From Kondoa subrosea (lineage: Eukaryota): DNA of 64,000 bases. How positions within the stretch are numbered: the first letter of the stretch is position 1; every line of letters starts with the position of its first letter. The notes below the pieces were generated by a model that saw only the letters and a list, made by a program, of their open reading frames with translations, was not told where the DNA came from and searched no databases. Of this stretch, positions 24,784-36,319 are shown one piece after another. Where the stretch lies: the NCBI GenBank assembly GCA_039545335.1, contig BCIN01000004.1, positions 1,168,925 through 1,232,924 of the forward strand. The letters are read 5' to 3'. The position numbers and the translations under genes are program-made.

Positions 24784-27700
24784 ATGCGTGTCTCCATTCC
24801 TTTCACACTACTAGCACTCCTGCGTGTTCACCAAGCTGCTGCTGCTGTATCAAGCGACTTTTGTACTTCGTAAGTCTGACTTTTTTTTGGCTTGAGATCT
24901 CCCGCCTTTGCTCATCCATGATTTCAGTGTGCAAGCGGCGGTCCTCGATGATAATGGAGAGATACCAGACGATGTAGAGGTACTTCTTTTCTACATTTCT
25001 TCTTCTCCGCAGTCTGACAACGAGTTCTCTTTAGGCTATATGCCGCACTTATCAAAACATACGGCCTGTAACCACTACAAACACCAACACCATTACTCAG
25101 GCAACCAAGACTGTCTCTCAAGCAGTATACACCACTTCTACAAGCATTGTTGCACCTGTTCTCACCAAATGGATGATCAAGATGCAAACTGTTGTTACGA
25201 GCATGGAGCCAGCTACCCAGTATGTCAGCCAGCTATTGCATTGTACAAGCTCATACTGGAACAGGACTGTTACTATGGAGATGCCTGATGAGGCGCAACG
25301 TCTCAAGAAGCGAGCTGCCGTCATGCCCGAATACTTTCAAGGAAAAAACAGGGCACAAGTTATTGAAGCCTGCAAATGCTTCGATATCATGGCCTCCACC
25401 TTCATCATTCAACGTACTGCTTATGCCAGTGAGTGGATCGTGACATTGTGACCGAATGCTGCTCATTGCGATTCCGATTAGCTGCCACTGTCACTAAAAT
25501 TCTACCTCGTATAATGTCAACTGTCATGACCAAACCAACCCAAACCATGATCGCCACAACGACCTCTAGTGAGTACATTCATTTAAAGTGGTCACAAATC
25601 TGACTTCACACGATGTTTAGTGAAACTGAAGACTTACAACATGCCTATCCCTTACTTCACTAAGTGGATCCAGAAGATTGCCAGTGCTGTTCCTTCATCC
25701 AAATCTGTTTCTGTCTCAGCAAGTGCAATCTCAAGCGCGCAAAGTGCGGCCGCAAGTGTTACGAGCCAAGTTCAATCTAGCGCTATCTCGGCTATCAGCA
25801 GCGCATCTGCGATCCCGTCTTCTGCAATCTCGAGCGCACAAAGTGTAGCCGCAAGTGTTACAAGCCAAGCCCAATCTAGTGCTATATCAAGCGCGCAAAG
25901 TGTGGCCGCAAGTGTTACTAGCCAACTTCCATCTGGCGCCTCCTCGGCTATCGGCAGCGCATCTGCTTTTGCCTCCTCCGCAATCCCATCTTCTGCCATT
26001 TCCGCTGCGAACAGTGCTGCTTCTTCTGCGATCCCGTCCTCTACAATTTCAGCAGCAGCTTCAGCAGTGTCTTCTGCTGTGGCCTCTGCACTACCATCTA
26101 ATGGACTTACAGCTCGATCATATGGTTATGATGCTTGCGTACGTTCATCCCCAGTTGAGTGATCGTGCACTGAATTTTCTTGTGCAGTACGCAGAAGGTC
26201 AAGATTCACGCGCTCTCTCTCCTATCTCCTCGTCGCCAGATATGACTGTCGAATCCTGTCTTGGGCTTTGCGCAGCTTCTGCTTTGGAAGTTTGCGGTAT
26301 GATGTACGGAAATGAATGGTTAGCCGTCTTCTACTGTTATACGCATAAACTGACCGAAGATTAAGCTGGGGAGCTCCTGCACTAGCCGATGGCACTTTCC
26401 GAGATCGCGAAACCTCTTGCTCGAGTACCTGCGTTGGCCGATCAGACGAGATTTGTATGTCGAGCTTGAATCTGAAGTTTATCAGCTGCTGATTATCTAC
26501 TCAGGCGGTGGATCCAACTTCTATTCCGTATACACTTTGACTTCTGGCAAGACTAAGCCTTTTGTGGTGCAACCAATTTCCAGTGCTGCCGCCTCGAGCA
26601 AAGCTGCCGCAAGTGCTTCAGCTACGGGCTCTTCTCTCACGGTATCATCCTACACCGCAGCTGGCTGTTGGTCGGACAATGTATCGGGCCGAACTTTGGC
26701 TACAAGACAGTTGCCAGGCTCAATGACTCAAGAGAAGTGTCTAGCAATTTGTGCCGCCAACAACGCCTACTACTGCGGAATGGAGTATTCTTCTGAATGT
26801 TTCTACAGCAATACTATCAACCCAGCTGCATCTCAGGTCGACCCTAGCACCTGTTCAATGGCTTGTCAAGGCAACTCCGCGCAGAAATGTGGTGGCTCAT
26901 CACGTCTTACCTTGTTCAGTCTGAACCCTAACCCTGCTCCTTATGTCAAACCTTCTGCTGTCTCTTCAGCTACAGCCAGTGCCAGCTCTACTACCCCTAT
27001 CAACTACGTATATGGATATGGTGGATGTGTAAGTCTTTCATTCACAAATCGATATCATATACTAATACCTGCCTAGTATGCCGAACCTTCTGGCGGAAGA
27101 GCTCTTCTGGCCGTCACCTCAAGCGCAAATATGACCGTGGAATACTGTTTGGCAGCTTGTGCCGCTAAGAAATACTCAATCTGCGGTCTTGAATGGAATG
27201 TACGTCTTCTTAGGAATTGGCTTATGGACAGGACTGACCAATTTCTATCTGACAGAGAGAATGCTGGGGTGGAAATTCTCTCGCTTCCGGAACTACAGTT
27301 GCACCGGAAAGCGAATGCAAACTTCCTTGTCTAGGTGATGCCAACGAAATCTGCGGTGGTGATTCTCGATTGAGCACATACAACATCGAAGCTGGAAAGA
27401 CCAACCCTTTCAAGAAGCCTACTGGTCCGCCTTCTTCTTCCGCGGTAGTTAGTTCAAGTTCAGCTGCACCTACTCCAACACAAGCTGTCGGCACTACCGC
27501 TAAACCGGTCATTGTTCAACAAGCGGGAACATATACATACCAAGGCTGCTTGCTAGAAGCTTCGGGCGTGAGTTCAGCCTTTTTCTCGTCAAGACTTGGT
27601 TTTGACATTGTTTTTCGGACATTAGTCTAGGACACTGCCTCGAGCGCTGGCATCTAACAATACCATGACTATTCCGATGTGCATGGAACTGGCGCGAATC

Positions 27701-28664
27701 GGTAAGTCCTCGTCTTTTTATTGGACGAAAAACCACATTGCTGACATTTGCCTTCTCCACTATCGTAGCTCAGTTGACCTATGCCGGCGTCGAATACGGG
27801 TGATTCACTTTGCACGAGTATAGCGGAACCCTGCTGATTGCTGTTGTTCTTATTTTAGAGGTGAATGTTATGGGAGCAACGTAGCGCCGGCTACAAATCT
27901 TACAGTGGACACCCAATGCAACATGGCGTGCAACGGTGACAAGACTACCTACTGTGGAGCAGGCAATCGTCTGTCCTTCTACAAATCATCGGTCGTTTAC
28001 GCTACTACAACTACTTCTGCCGCACCTAAAGCAACAATGCAAGCGACGGTCTCCAACTACACTTATGAAGGATGCTTCACGGACAAGACTTCGGCTCGTG
28101 TGATGTCCAATCAAATCGCTGCGGGAAGCACTATGACTATTGACCTTTGCGTTTCAAAAGGTCCGTTCCGGTCGAAATCTAATGTGCTTTGACTGAAATT
28201 GCTCCATTCATAGCTGCTGAACTTGGCTATGCCTATTGTGGTGTCGAGGTAAGCCAAACACATCTTCAGTTGCAACTTACTCATGTTGACTATCTAGTAT
28301 GGATCCGAGTGTTGGGCTACAAATACACCGGCATCGACTGCACAAGTAGCAGATAGTGAATGCTCTATGAAGTGCGCGGGAAATGCCGCAACAACGTGAG
28401 TTTCAATCTTCGTACAACTCTTTTCGGTTACATATTCTGACATGCATCGTTCTTCAGTTGCGGAAATGGTGACAGATTGCAAGGTTCGTTGGGTCACACG
28501 AACTGAAGATTCCATATTGACGTCTTTACACTTTTACAGTCTATACCAAAAACGGAGCAAAGCGTTTGGCAGAAATTTACCCTAAAGCCAGTGCTTCAGC
28601 ATCAGCAAGTGCGAAAGCGAAGCGAGACAATATCAGACGCAAGTTTGGACCTAAGAGGAACTAG
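24784..28664 (+). CDS. Secreted protein: N-terminal Cys/Thr module, Ser/Ala repeats and five WSC domains
   Basis: Signal MRVSIPFTLLALLRVHQAAA; five WSC-type units (e.g. YTAAGCWSD...MTQEKCLAIC...YCGMEYSSECF...CSMACQGNSAQKCGGSSRLTLF); no TM or GPI tail seen. Confidence 0.87.
25725..25925 (+). repeat. Three imperfect 45-nt coding repeats (AISSAQSxAASVTSQ)
   Basis: Copies at 25725-25769, 25824-25868 and 25881-25925. Confidence 0.85.
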
Positions 28665-28880
28665 ATACAGGCTTCTAGCGGCTGGTTCGCGCGATGTAAT
28701 AAGGGATTGCTTGTAACTTATAGAGATTTCTTGGTTGGAAATACATTGTTTTCGTCTTTCTTTTGGCTCTCTACTGCTTGACAACCACTCTAAGTACTAT
28801 TTGATCTGTTCAAAAGAGCAGAAGACTTTCTGTGTTCAGAAAGCGACTTCTTTCCTTGTTTTTCAACAACCGCGAAGACA

Positions 28881-29896
28881 ATGAGTGATTGGGGTGATAT
28901 ATGGCATTGCAGGCGATAGATCAATAACTAACGGAATGGCACAGATGCTGATAGCGCGGACGAAGCGGCCAAGCCTGTGGTAGCAGCTCCATTGCCAAAA
29001 GCTGCAAAACAAAAATGGGCGGAAGAAGATGCCTCTGATGATGATCTCAAGGTATGCAACCCATCCATTAGCTGTTTCGAATATATGCAGACTATTTTAC
29101 AGGACGATTGGGATGCATCAGATGAAGAACCAGCGAAACCGACTTCTACAGGTCCTGCTCCGCCAATACGGAAGAAGGGCATTACAAAGCTCAAGATTGC
29201 TGAAAAGGAAGCTCAAGAGCAGGCCAAAATAGAGGCGAGGGCAGCTGCTGTTCGTCTTGATGCATTCGGAGAAATTCCAAGGCCGCTGACATAGTATGTT
29301 AATGTGATTCAGCTGGCACTGGAGAATGATCCGGAAGCGAGGAGGAAAGCAGCACGCGAACGTGAACTGAAAGCGGACATGGAGAATGCACGAGGCTTGT
29401 TTGGCGACGATGCAGTAGACGGGATAGCACCTCTTTCCGGTCAGTCTGTCTCGACCTCAATTGAAGTTTGCTCAAGCAGACATATAGATGACCCTTTCTC
29501 TTCGAATCCTATCACTCAGAAACAACTAGAAGAAGTCTCACAGCAAATAGCAGATATGATCATTGACAAATTTGGCTCAAAAGCACTATATGCGTCTTTC
29601 GTTGAGCATCACGTCAAAGCGATCTGCGCACCTCTACGAGATCTAGAAACGAGAAAAGCCAGCAGTGCGTTAGCAACGCTAGCAAACACCAAACAGGCAG
29701 CCGCGAAAGATGCTGCAGGCGGCAAGAAAAAGAAGGGAGCAGCTAAACCTGCTTTGGGTGTATCAGGAGCCAAGACTGTTGCAAAAGGAGCGGATACATC
29801 TAGATACGATGAGGCTTTAGATGAGTAAGTCCAGTCACCATGCGACTCTGCAGGATAGCTTACTCTCGGCACAGTGATTTCGATGACTTTATGTAG
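28881..29896 (+). CDS. HCR1: Translation initiation factor eIF3 subunit j
   Basis: MSDWD start, KWAEED, DDWDASDEE, KADMENARGLFG and the C-terminal DDFM*. Confidence 0.88.
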
Positions 29897-29973
29897 TTTG
29901 GGTCAGCGGACAGTTCAGTAACAGAGATGTCATGCAATTAGAATTAGAGCATGCCCTGGCAATATTACATGCA

Positions 29974-31919
29974 TCAACCCTCTTCGACCTCATCTTCAGA
30001 CTCATCGTCCTTCGCTATGCCTATCAGACCACCTGTATCTCTTGCTTTTTGAGCTGCTGCTTCTACATCCTTGCCTAGCGCTCTAATACGATCGCCGAAG
30101 ACTCTTCGCACGCCTGCATTTTGAGCGCAATCCCACAGCTGGAGCGTACCGTTCGAACCTGCTGCAGCAATAGTTGTTGGATCATCTGGTGAGAGTTTAG
30201 CAGAGAATACGTTCCCCTAGAACCAATTGTCAACTTTGCTCAAATCCGCCTGACAGACTTAAGACTCACAACACCCATATCTCTCGAAGCAACCAAAGAA
30301 ATCTTTGTCTCTCCTCCCGTTTTCCCTCCTTCTAGTGTATTCCAAAGTTTGACAGTCTTGTCTTGACCACCAGTGACCAAAAAGCCATTGATGAGTTCAG
30401 AGAAATCCAAAGCAGAACAACTTTTATCATGAGCAGCCAAAGTCCAAAGCAGCGATTTATCTTTCTTGTTCTTCTCCTGCGCCTGCGCAACTGAATGCAA
30501 CATTCTTGAATCGTAAGATTTAACTAAACCATTCTCTAAAGCGCAAATGAATTCCGTTCCTCCAGTTGACCAAGGGTTCCATTTCACTGCTTCTACTTCC
30601 GCATCCACTTGAACTCCGACTGCTCCTTTTGGTGAACGTGAATCAAAGACTTGAACGGTTCCATCCCATGATCCAGATAAAAGAACAGTAGGTAAAGTAG
30701 TAGACCAAGATAAAGCTTGAACTTTATCTGAATGAATAGTATAAGATCGGATTGCTGGTGAAGACGAAGGAAGTGAAAGATCCCATAGTTTGATGGTTTG
30801 ATCTGCTGAGGCTGAAGCGAGTAAAGATCGATGCGACTTGTTCCAAGACAAAGCTAAAATGGAATCAGTGTGATAAGACGAAGAAGCCGCTGGTTCAGAA
30901 GGTATAGACTTAGACTTCTTCTTTTTCTTCTTCTTGGATTTGGAAGATTCGTCTAATGTTGTATCTTCTACTTTTGAAGTGAGAGCTTCTAGAGAAGTAG
31001 CTACATTTGCTTTGGGTGCGCCTAGAATCGCATCTGGGTATAAACCATCCAAGACATCCAGGTTCCAGATCTCGATTTCTGGATCCAATGTACCAACAGC
31101 GATGAAATTGCCTGGTTCACTTGAGGTGGAATCTTCCATCGAGCTTGATGATGCAGGGATATAATCTAGCCATTCGAGACAAAGAGGCATAGCAGGTAGT
31201 AATAGATCATGATGCACGTAAAGATTTTCTTGAGTTTCATCGTAGACGTATATATCCAGTTGCGATACTTCATCTTCTGTTCGAGCTGTTACTATCAGGT
31301 TGTCTGTAGGGAAGATTTCTAGTTCTTCTCTGTCATCGCCATCGTTGATTTCGCTCTGTACATCAATATAAGTAATTGCGTTCGACTGAAAACGAGCTAC
31401 TTACCTCTTTCAACGTAATATAAGGATCTTCTTCTTCGTTCCCATGAAATTGTAGACCTCTGACTTACAAGATCAGCGTTTGACTAAGTCAGAAGACAAA
31501 GGGACCGACTTGATGTTACTAAAAGCACCCATCGCTGAACCAGTACTTCGTTCCTTATCGTAGTCATCCAGGTTATAAATGGACAGATCATCCGGATCCG
31601 CTTTCTGACCAGATCCAGCCTTCAGCCTAGTTGCAGCAGCTCTCGCAGTCGCTTTTGCTGCATCTTCCATTTCGACATCATTGTCTGCTCCTGAACCTGA
31701 GCCTTCCTCGTCTGTTCCCCATTCAGCTTCACTTCCATCAATATCTCCAGATTCAGCTAAGCCTTGAGCAGCTTGCAGCTTCATTTTCGCTTCATCCAAT
31801 TCTACAGCTGCAAGTTTACTGATTCGAGCCAGCTCTTCTTCAGTCAAGGCATATTTCTGAGGCGTTTGGGCTGCCTTGCCTCGAGGTACCCAGCTAAGGG
31901 AAGTGATCAGATTAGGCAT
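29974..31919 (-). CDS. PWP1: Periodic tryptophan protein 1 (WD40, ribosome biogenesis)
   Basis: ITSLSWVPRG, YNLDDYD, DPYITL, LYVHHDLLLPAMPLCLEWLD, PEIEIWNLD and WD40 repeats. Confidence 0.92.
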
Positions 31920-32134
31920 ATCGCTCGTTGCTCTCAAAGAGCCAAAGATCAAAAATTTGAAAAATGTTTTCTTTTTGACAGAGGACAGCCAGCTCGATGC
32001 AGTATTGGCGTCAAGAGTGTGCGAGCGTGTCATATTAAGAGTTCTGTGCAGTCTGATCTCCCAAGAGCCGCTTACTGCATTGCGTTATCGAGAAAATCAT
32101 GAACGCATGCGTCGAGGAATTCTACTGCAAGATT

Positions 32135-32841
32135 TAACGCCTGGTCTGCGTCATGGGCGCTCTCTTCTTTTCCTATCTTTGAACTATCTTTGCCCATTCG
32201 AAATCCCCGACGCGATCTTGCTTCAGCTTACGTAATCGAAGAAGCCCTTGTGACACCGCTTGATTCGTTTCCTTATCCTTGCTATCTCTGATCATCTTTT
32301 TCCTTTTCTCACCAGCCATCACAAATATAGCAAAAGGGCCCCCAAATTGGCTTGCCCTTACGCCGTGCAACTCTCGCGTTCCCACGAGAACCTGAGGTCT
32401 ATCGCTCGAGAGAGGCAATGGGTAGCCATTGTGAGACTCCTGAGAGATCAAGAAATCAAGGGATCTGACTGATGTAGCCCTCTCGGCTGACCGATCTGCG
32501 TAGAAAGGGCTGTAAATCTCGAACAACAGCACGAGCTTCTTCTTCAATAGCATCCGAAGCAGATCCACCAGATCCATCTACTGGTCATGTCTGGACATTC
32601 CAGTGCCAATGTTACAGAAGCGAAAAGCCAATTGAAACAACCGTATCAAGTTTCTTGTCGTGGTGGAAGGTGTTGTTATGATTGTATTGTTGGACAGTTG
32701 ACTAGATGGGAAGAGGAGACGTTTGGTTTTGGACGGAGGCTGGAGATGCGTTTCAAGGGTCATGCAAGCTGCAGAGGAAGTAGACGAAGGAAGCAAAGAG
32801 TGAAGGTGGACGTGTCTGAATACGGCCAGGGCAGCGGACAT
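32135..32841 (-). pseudogene. Decayed gene fragment of unknown identity (in-frame stops)
   Basis: ORFs 32578-32841 and 32173-32577 are in one frame separated by a single TAG, with another TAG at 32173; the 3' part is duplicated at 36113-36317. Confidence 0.4.
32205..32410 (+). repeat. Direct repeat copy A (~205 bp)
   Basis: cttcagcttacgtaatcga...tgattcgtttcctt...gctatctctgatcatctttt...acgagaacctga..tctatcgctcgag aligns with 36113-36317. Confidence 0.9.
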
Positions 32842-32915
32842 GATCTGAACCCTACTTAGAAACTAGTATGCATAATACTCTACGGCGCACAATGCGATCC
32901 ACTGGTATGAGCCTT

Positions 32916-35479
32916 CTACCGCTTGATCAATTTATAAGAAACTTCGTGTGGTTCCACTGCGTTCATTTTTAGCTTAACTATAGGGGGCAAGTACTTTACG
33001 TACAAATGACTTTGGGCCCTCCACGAATGATACGCTTAGCCATCTGCTCTTGCGTTTCGCCTAGTAATTTGACAGCTTCGATCTTGTAGCGCAAGAGTAA
33101 ATTGGACATGATGCAAACGGCTTCGACCTCAGCAAATTTGCGACCTGTTGTCATTAAATCAGCATACGTCTTAGGCTTGTTTTTTTGGTACTTACCTATG
33201 CATGAATATGAACCCGATGAAAAGCCGAAGAAGTGTTCTATGAGGAGATAAGTGGGCGTCAATAGCTGGATGCAGGAAGCTCACTCTTTTCCTCGCTGCC
33301 TTCTAAGAACCGATCGGGTCGGAAAACCTGTCACCACAATTCAGCTAGTGCAACAAAAAACAGGTTCTTAAATCGCCGTTGGATCAGGAAAAAATCGAGG
33401 ATTGTAATGGACAGCCTGAAAGTCGGCTGTCACAGATTGTGAATTGCTTGAATCTTCTCAAAGTAAATGACTGACCGCCTACAACTAGACCTTTTGCTAT
33501 TGGAACTTGTACGATCCCACCAGTCCGAATGTTGGGCAGCTTCATGATATGACTCTCGATACTGTTCTTGCCAACGGTGACAGCACCCGGCCTTTTCAAA
33601 AACACTGTTATTATCTTGTGGTGCAATACAAAGAAACGACCTACTGTAAACGTACAGCTTCGGTAAATGCCGCAAGAACTCTTGTCAAGCGGCCATTGTC
33701 AGCGAAAGTCTACAAAGGAGACATTCAGCAGACATCTTGGAGCATCATTCAGACGTACGAGGGCATTATTATCTCCCAATACTTCTTTAATATCTATAGA
33801 AGCGTTGTCAAATTGGTTTGTCTCTGGGAGAGGGAAAAGAGTTACGTTCGAAAAGCTTGTCCTGTTCTTCGGGGTATACCGCAAGATAGGCAAACAGGAA
33901 ACCCAAAGCATTGGCCGTCGTATCTAATCAAACGCTCAGTCCTGGTCAGATCGTTATTGTTCCGTTCCTTACCGTGTCCTTTGCAAACCAAAAAAAACCG
34001 TTCGTCAGTCGATAAGAAGCAAAACATAAGCTTTGACATACCAGCAAACATGAAAATAAAGACATTGCCCAATACTTCTCGCTTGCTCAAACCATTTTCG
34101 CTTTTCATAGAACGTATTAGAGCTCCAAGCAAATCCGCACTTTCTTCCCCTCCATCATCAGAAGCAGCTAGACGTTCATCGATCAGTTCTTCCATGATCT
34201 AATATCAGTACTTGAGCTGAATGATTCCAATATTGGCGAATTACAGCTAACCTTTTCAAATTCCGGAAATGCAACGTTCATTTCGCGCAGGTTCTTGATA
34301 GGAAGTTTGTAGGCAAACTAAGATATTTTGTCAGCCATTTGAAAGCTTGATACGCTACACGATAGGCTAGTGCACACCTTTGGCAGAACAGAGAACAAAA
34401 TAATGTTGAAACCATGAACAACAACGTCGAGCGATCTATCCAATGTCATTCTTCGTCCAAGTTTCGGTAATTCTTCTGAAGTAGTCCATTTCGCAGGTAA
34501 GCCAAACGCAGCAGACTTGATGACATTTAAGGCGATTTTTCGTGTAAAGTCTAAACCGCTAGATAAGAAGACATCTTGATTTGGGAATGCTTCGTCATGT
34601 GCTTGAAAGACGTCTTGCATGATCTTATCAGCTGCAGACCAGACTAGGGAAGAGTTGTTGACTGTGAAAGAGGGTTCTGCTACCAGTCGATGCCTGCGAT
34701 GTTCTTTGCCTGCTGTTGTTAAGACTGCTGGACCACTGCAGACCGTAAGAAAAAAGAAGTGAGCAAGCATACATAGTGGGGCGAATCTGTTAACGAACAA
34801 GATATCTAGCCGGCTAATACAAACTCTCAGAAGCAGATTGACATACAGCGAAAAGTAGACTCACTCTCGTCCTTCCGTACTTCTTTCAAACAATTTGTTG
34901 TTTGCATTGATCTCGCGCACCGCAGCCGAATCAAAGACTTTCACTGAAAATGGCCTTCAATTAGCTTGACCAAACACGCACGCAGTAATTAGTAACGCAC
35001 TTTCAACTGAGAAGGGGAACATGGCTATCATATAAAAGCAGTCTGCTTCCGGATTAATGCGGTCCTTGAATGCTAGAAAGTGAGACGAGAGGAAATCAAT
35101 GAGCTTAGGTGACTACTGAAATTTGGGTCAATGTACATAAATGCAAGAATTCCCTGGAAAAGACAGAGCGGAAGGTCAATTTTCATTCGAAAAGGGAGAT
35201 AAAGAAATTTGCGCACTCATGCCAATTGCTACCCAATGCCAAATAGAAGCCTAACTTTGAACTGCCTATCTTTCTCCTGATGAAGGCACCTGGCGGTTGA
35301 CTGTTGGTGAAATTCATTAGACAGCCATACAAGAGCAGAGACTCCGTGGATCACAAGTTATGGAATACAGTCACCAGAGCAGGACAAGGCGCATTCTGAT
35401 AGGCGCGATAAACAGTATAGATGCGCTGCAAGAGCCATATGGAAATGAGACTACCAATAGCGAGCAACAGTGAGGCCAT
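32916..35479 (-). CDS. Cytochrome P450 (many introns)
   Basis: N-terminal TM anchor; I-helix FIFMFAGHDTTA; EAVR (ExxR); FRPDRF; heme motif FSSGSYSCIG; frame intact after splicing. Confidence 0.9.
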
Positions 35480-35723
35480 AAATGTTGACTGTAGAGGAGA
35501 AGAAAGCCTAGAACGGAGCAGATGGAAACACGAGAGAACAATTCAATAGAATTGTCATGAGTACGCTGACTCAGCCAGATGGCCACTGGTTCCAATCATT
35601 CTGATCTCGTCCTTGTATCGTAGAGCCTGAGCTGTTTTTAGAGCCGTATTTGGCTGCTACAGGTGAGAACGACGCGAAGATCAAAAATTGGTCCGCTTCA
35701 TCCCAAGCGATCATCTATACCTC

Positions 35724-36120
35724 ATGAGTCGTCTACTAAGCTACAGCCTGGGGCTGCTAACATTCTACCTACAAGTTGTACGAGCTCTTGGACTTCTGAG
35801 CATAGATTATGGCACGGACAGCTTCAAAGTGTCATTCGTTGGTCCTGGTTCTCCGTTCGACGTGTTTAAAAGAACAGAGATAGCAAGAGGAAGACAGCGA
35901 GTGTGGTTACTTTGCATGGGAAAGATCGTCATGTTGGAGGGGATGCTGCGACTGTCTACTCGATATTCTTTGGAATCTTTCAGCGGTATCAAACGCTTGC
36001 TTGGTTCAGGTCTAGATAAGCGCAGAAAGCTTTACATGAGAAATGATACAGCGACAAGATGGAATTGGACAAGGTGGACAAGGATGGGAGACTGACTTTG
36101 GCTCGACCTAGTAACCCGAC
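35724..36120 (+). pseudogene. LHS1: Frameshifted 5' fragment of ER Hsp70-family nucleotide exchange factor (Lhs1/HYOU1)
   Basis: Signal peptide + LLSIDYGTDSFKVSFVGPGSPFDV /frameshift/ NRDSKRKTASVVTLHGKDRHVGGDA /frameshift/ STRYSLESFSGIKRLLG; then a stop and truncation. Confidence 0.82.
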
Positions 36121-36317
36121 GGGGATCTTTCTTCAGCTTACGTAATCGAGGAAGCCTTCTCCACCGCTTGATTCGTTTCCTTGTCCTTGCTATCTCTGAT
36201 CATCTTTTCTTTTTCCTCACCGGTCATCACAATCATAGCAAACGGGCCCCAAATCAGCTTTCCTTTGCGCAATGCAACGCTCGCGTTCCGACGAGAACCT
36301 GACATCTATCGCTCGAG
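36113..36317 (+). repeat. Direct repeat copy B (~205 bp)
   Basis: Aligns with 32205-32410 with scattered substitutions and small indels. Confidence 0.9.
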
Positions 36318-36319
36318 CT

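Noticed and set aside
25725..25925. Repeat-spacer-like array
   Set aside because: These are in-frame Ser/Ala coding repeats inside a eukaryotic WSC gene, not CRISPR.
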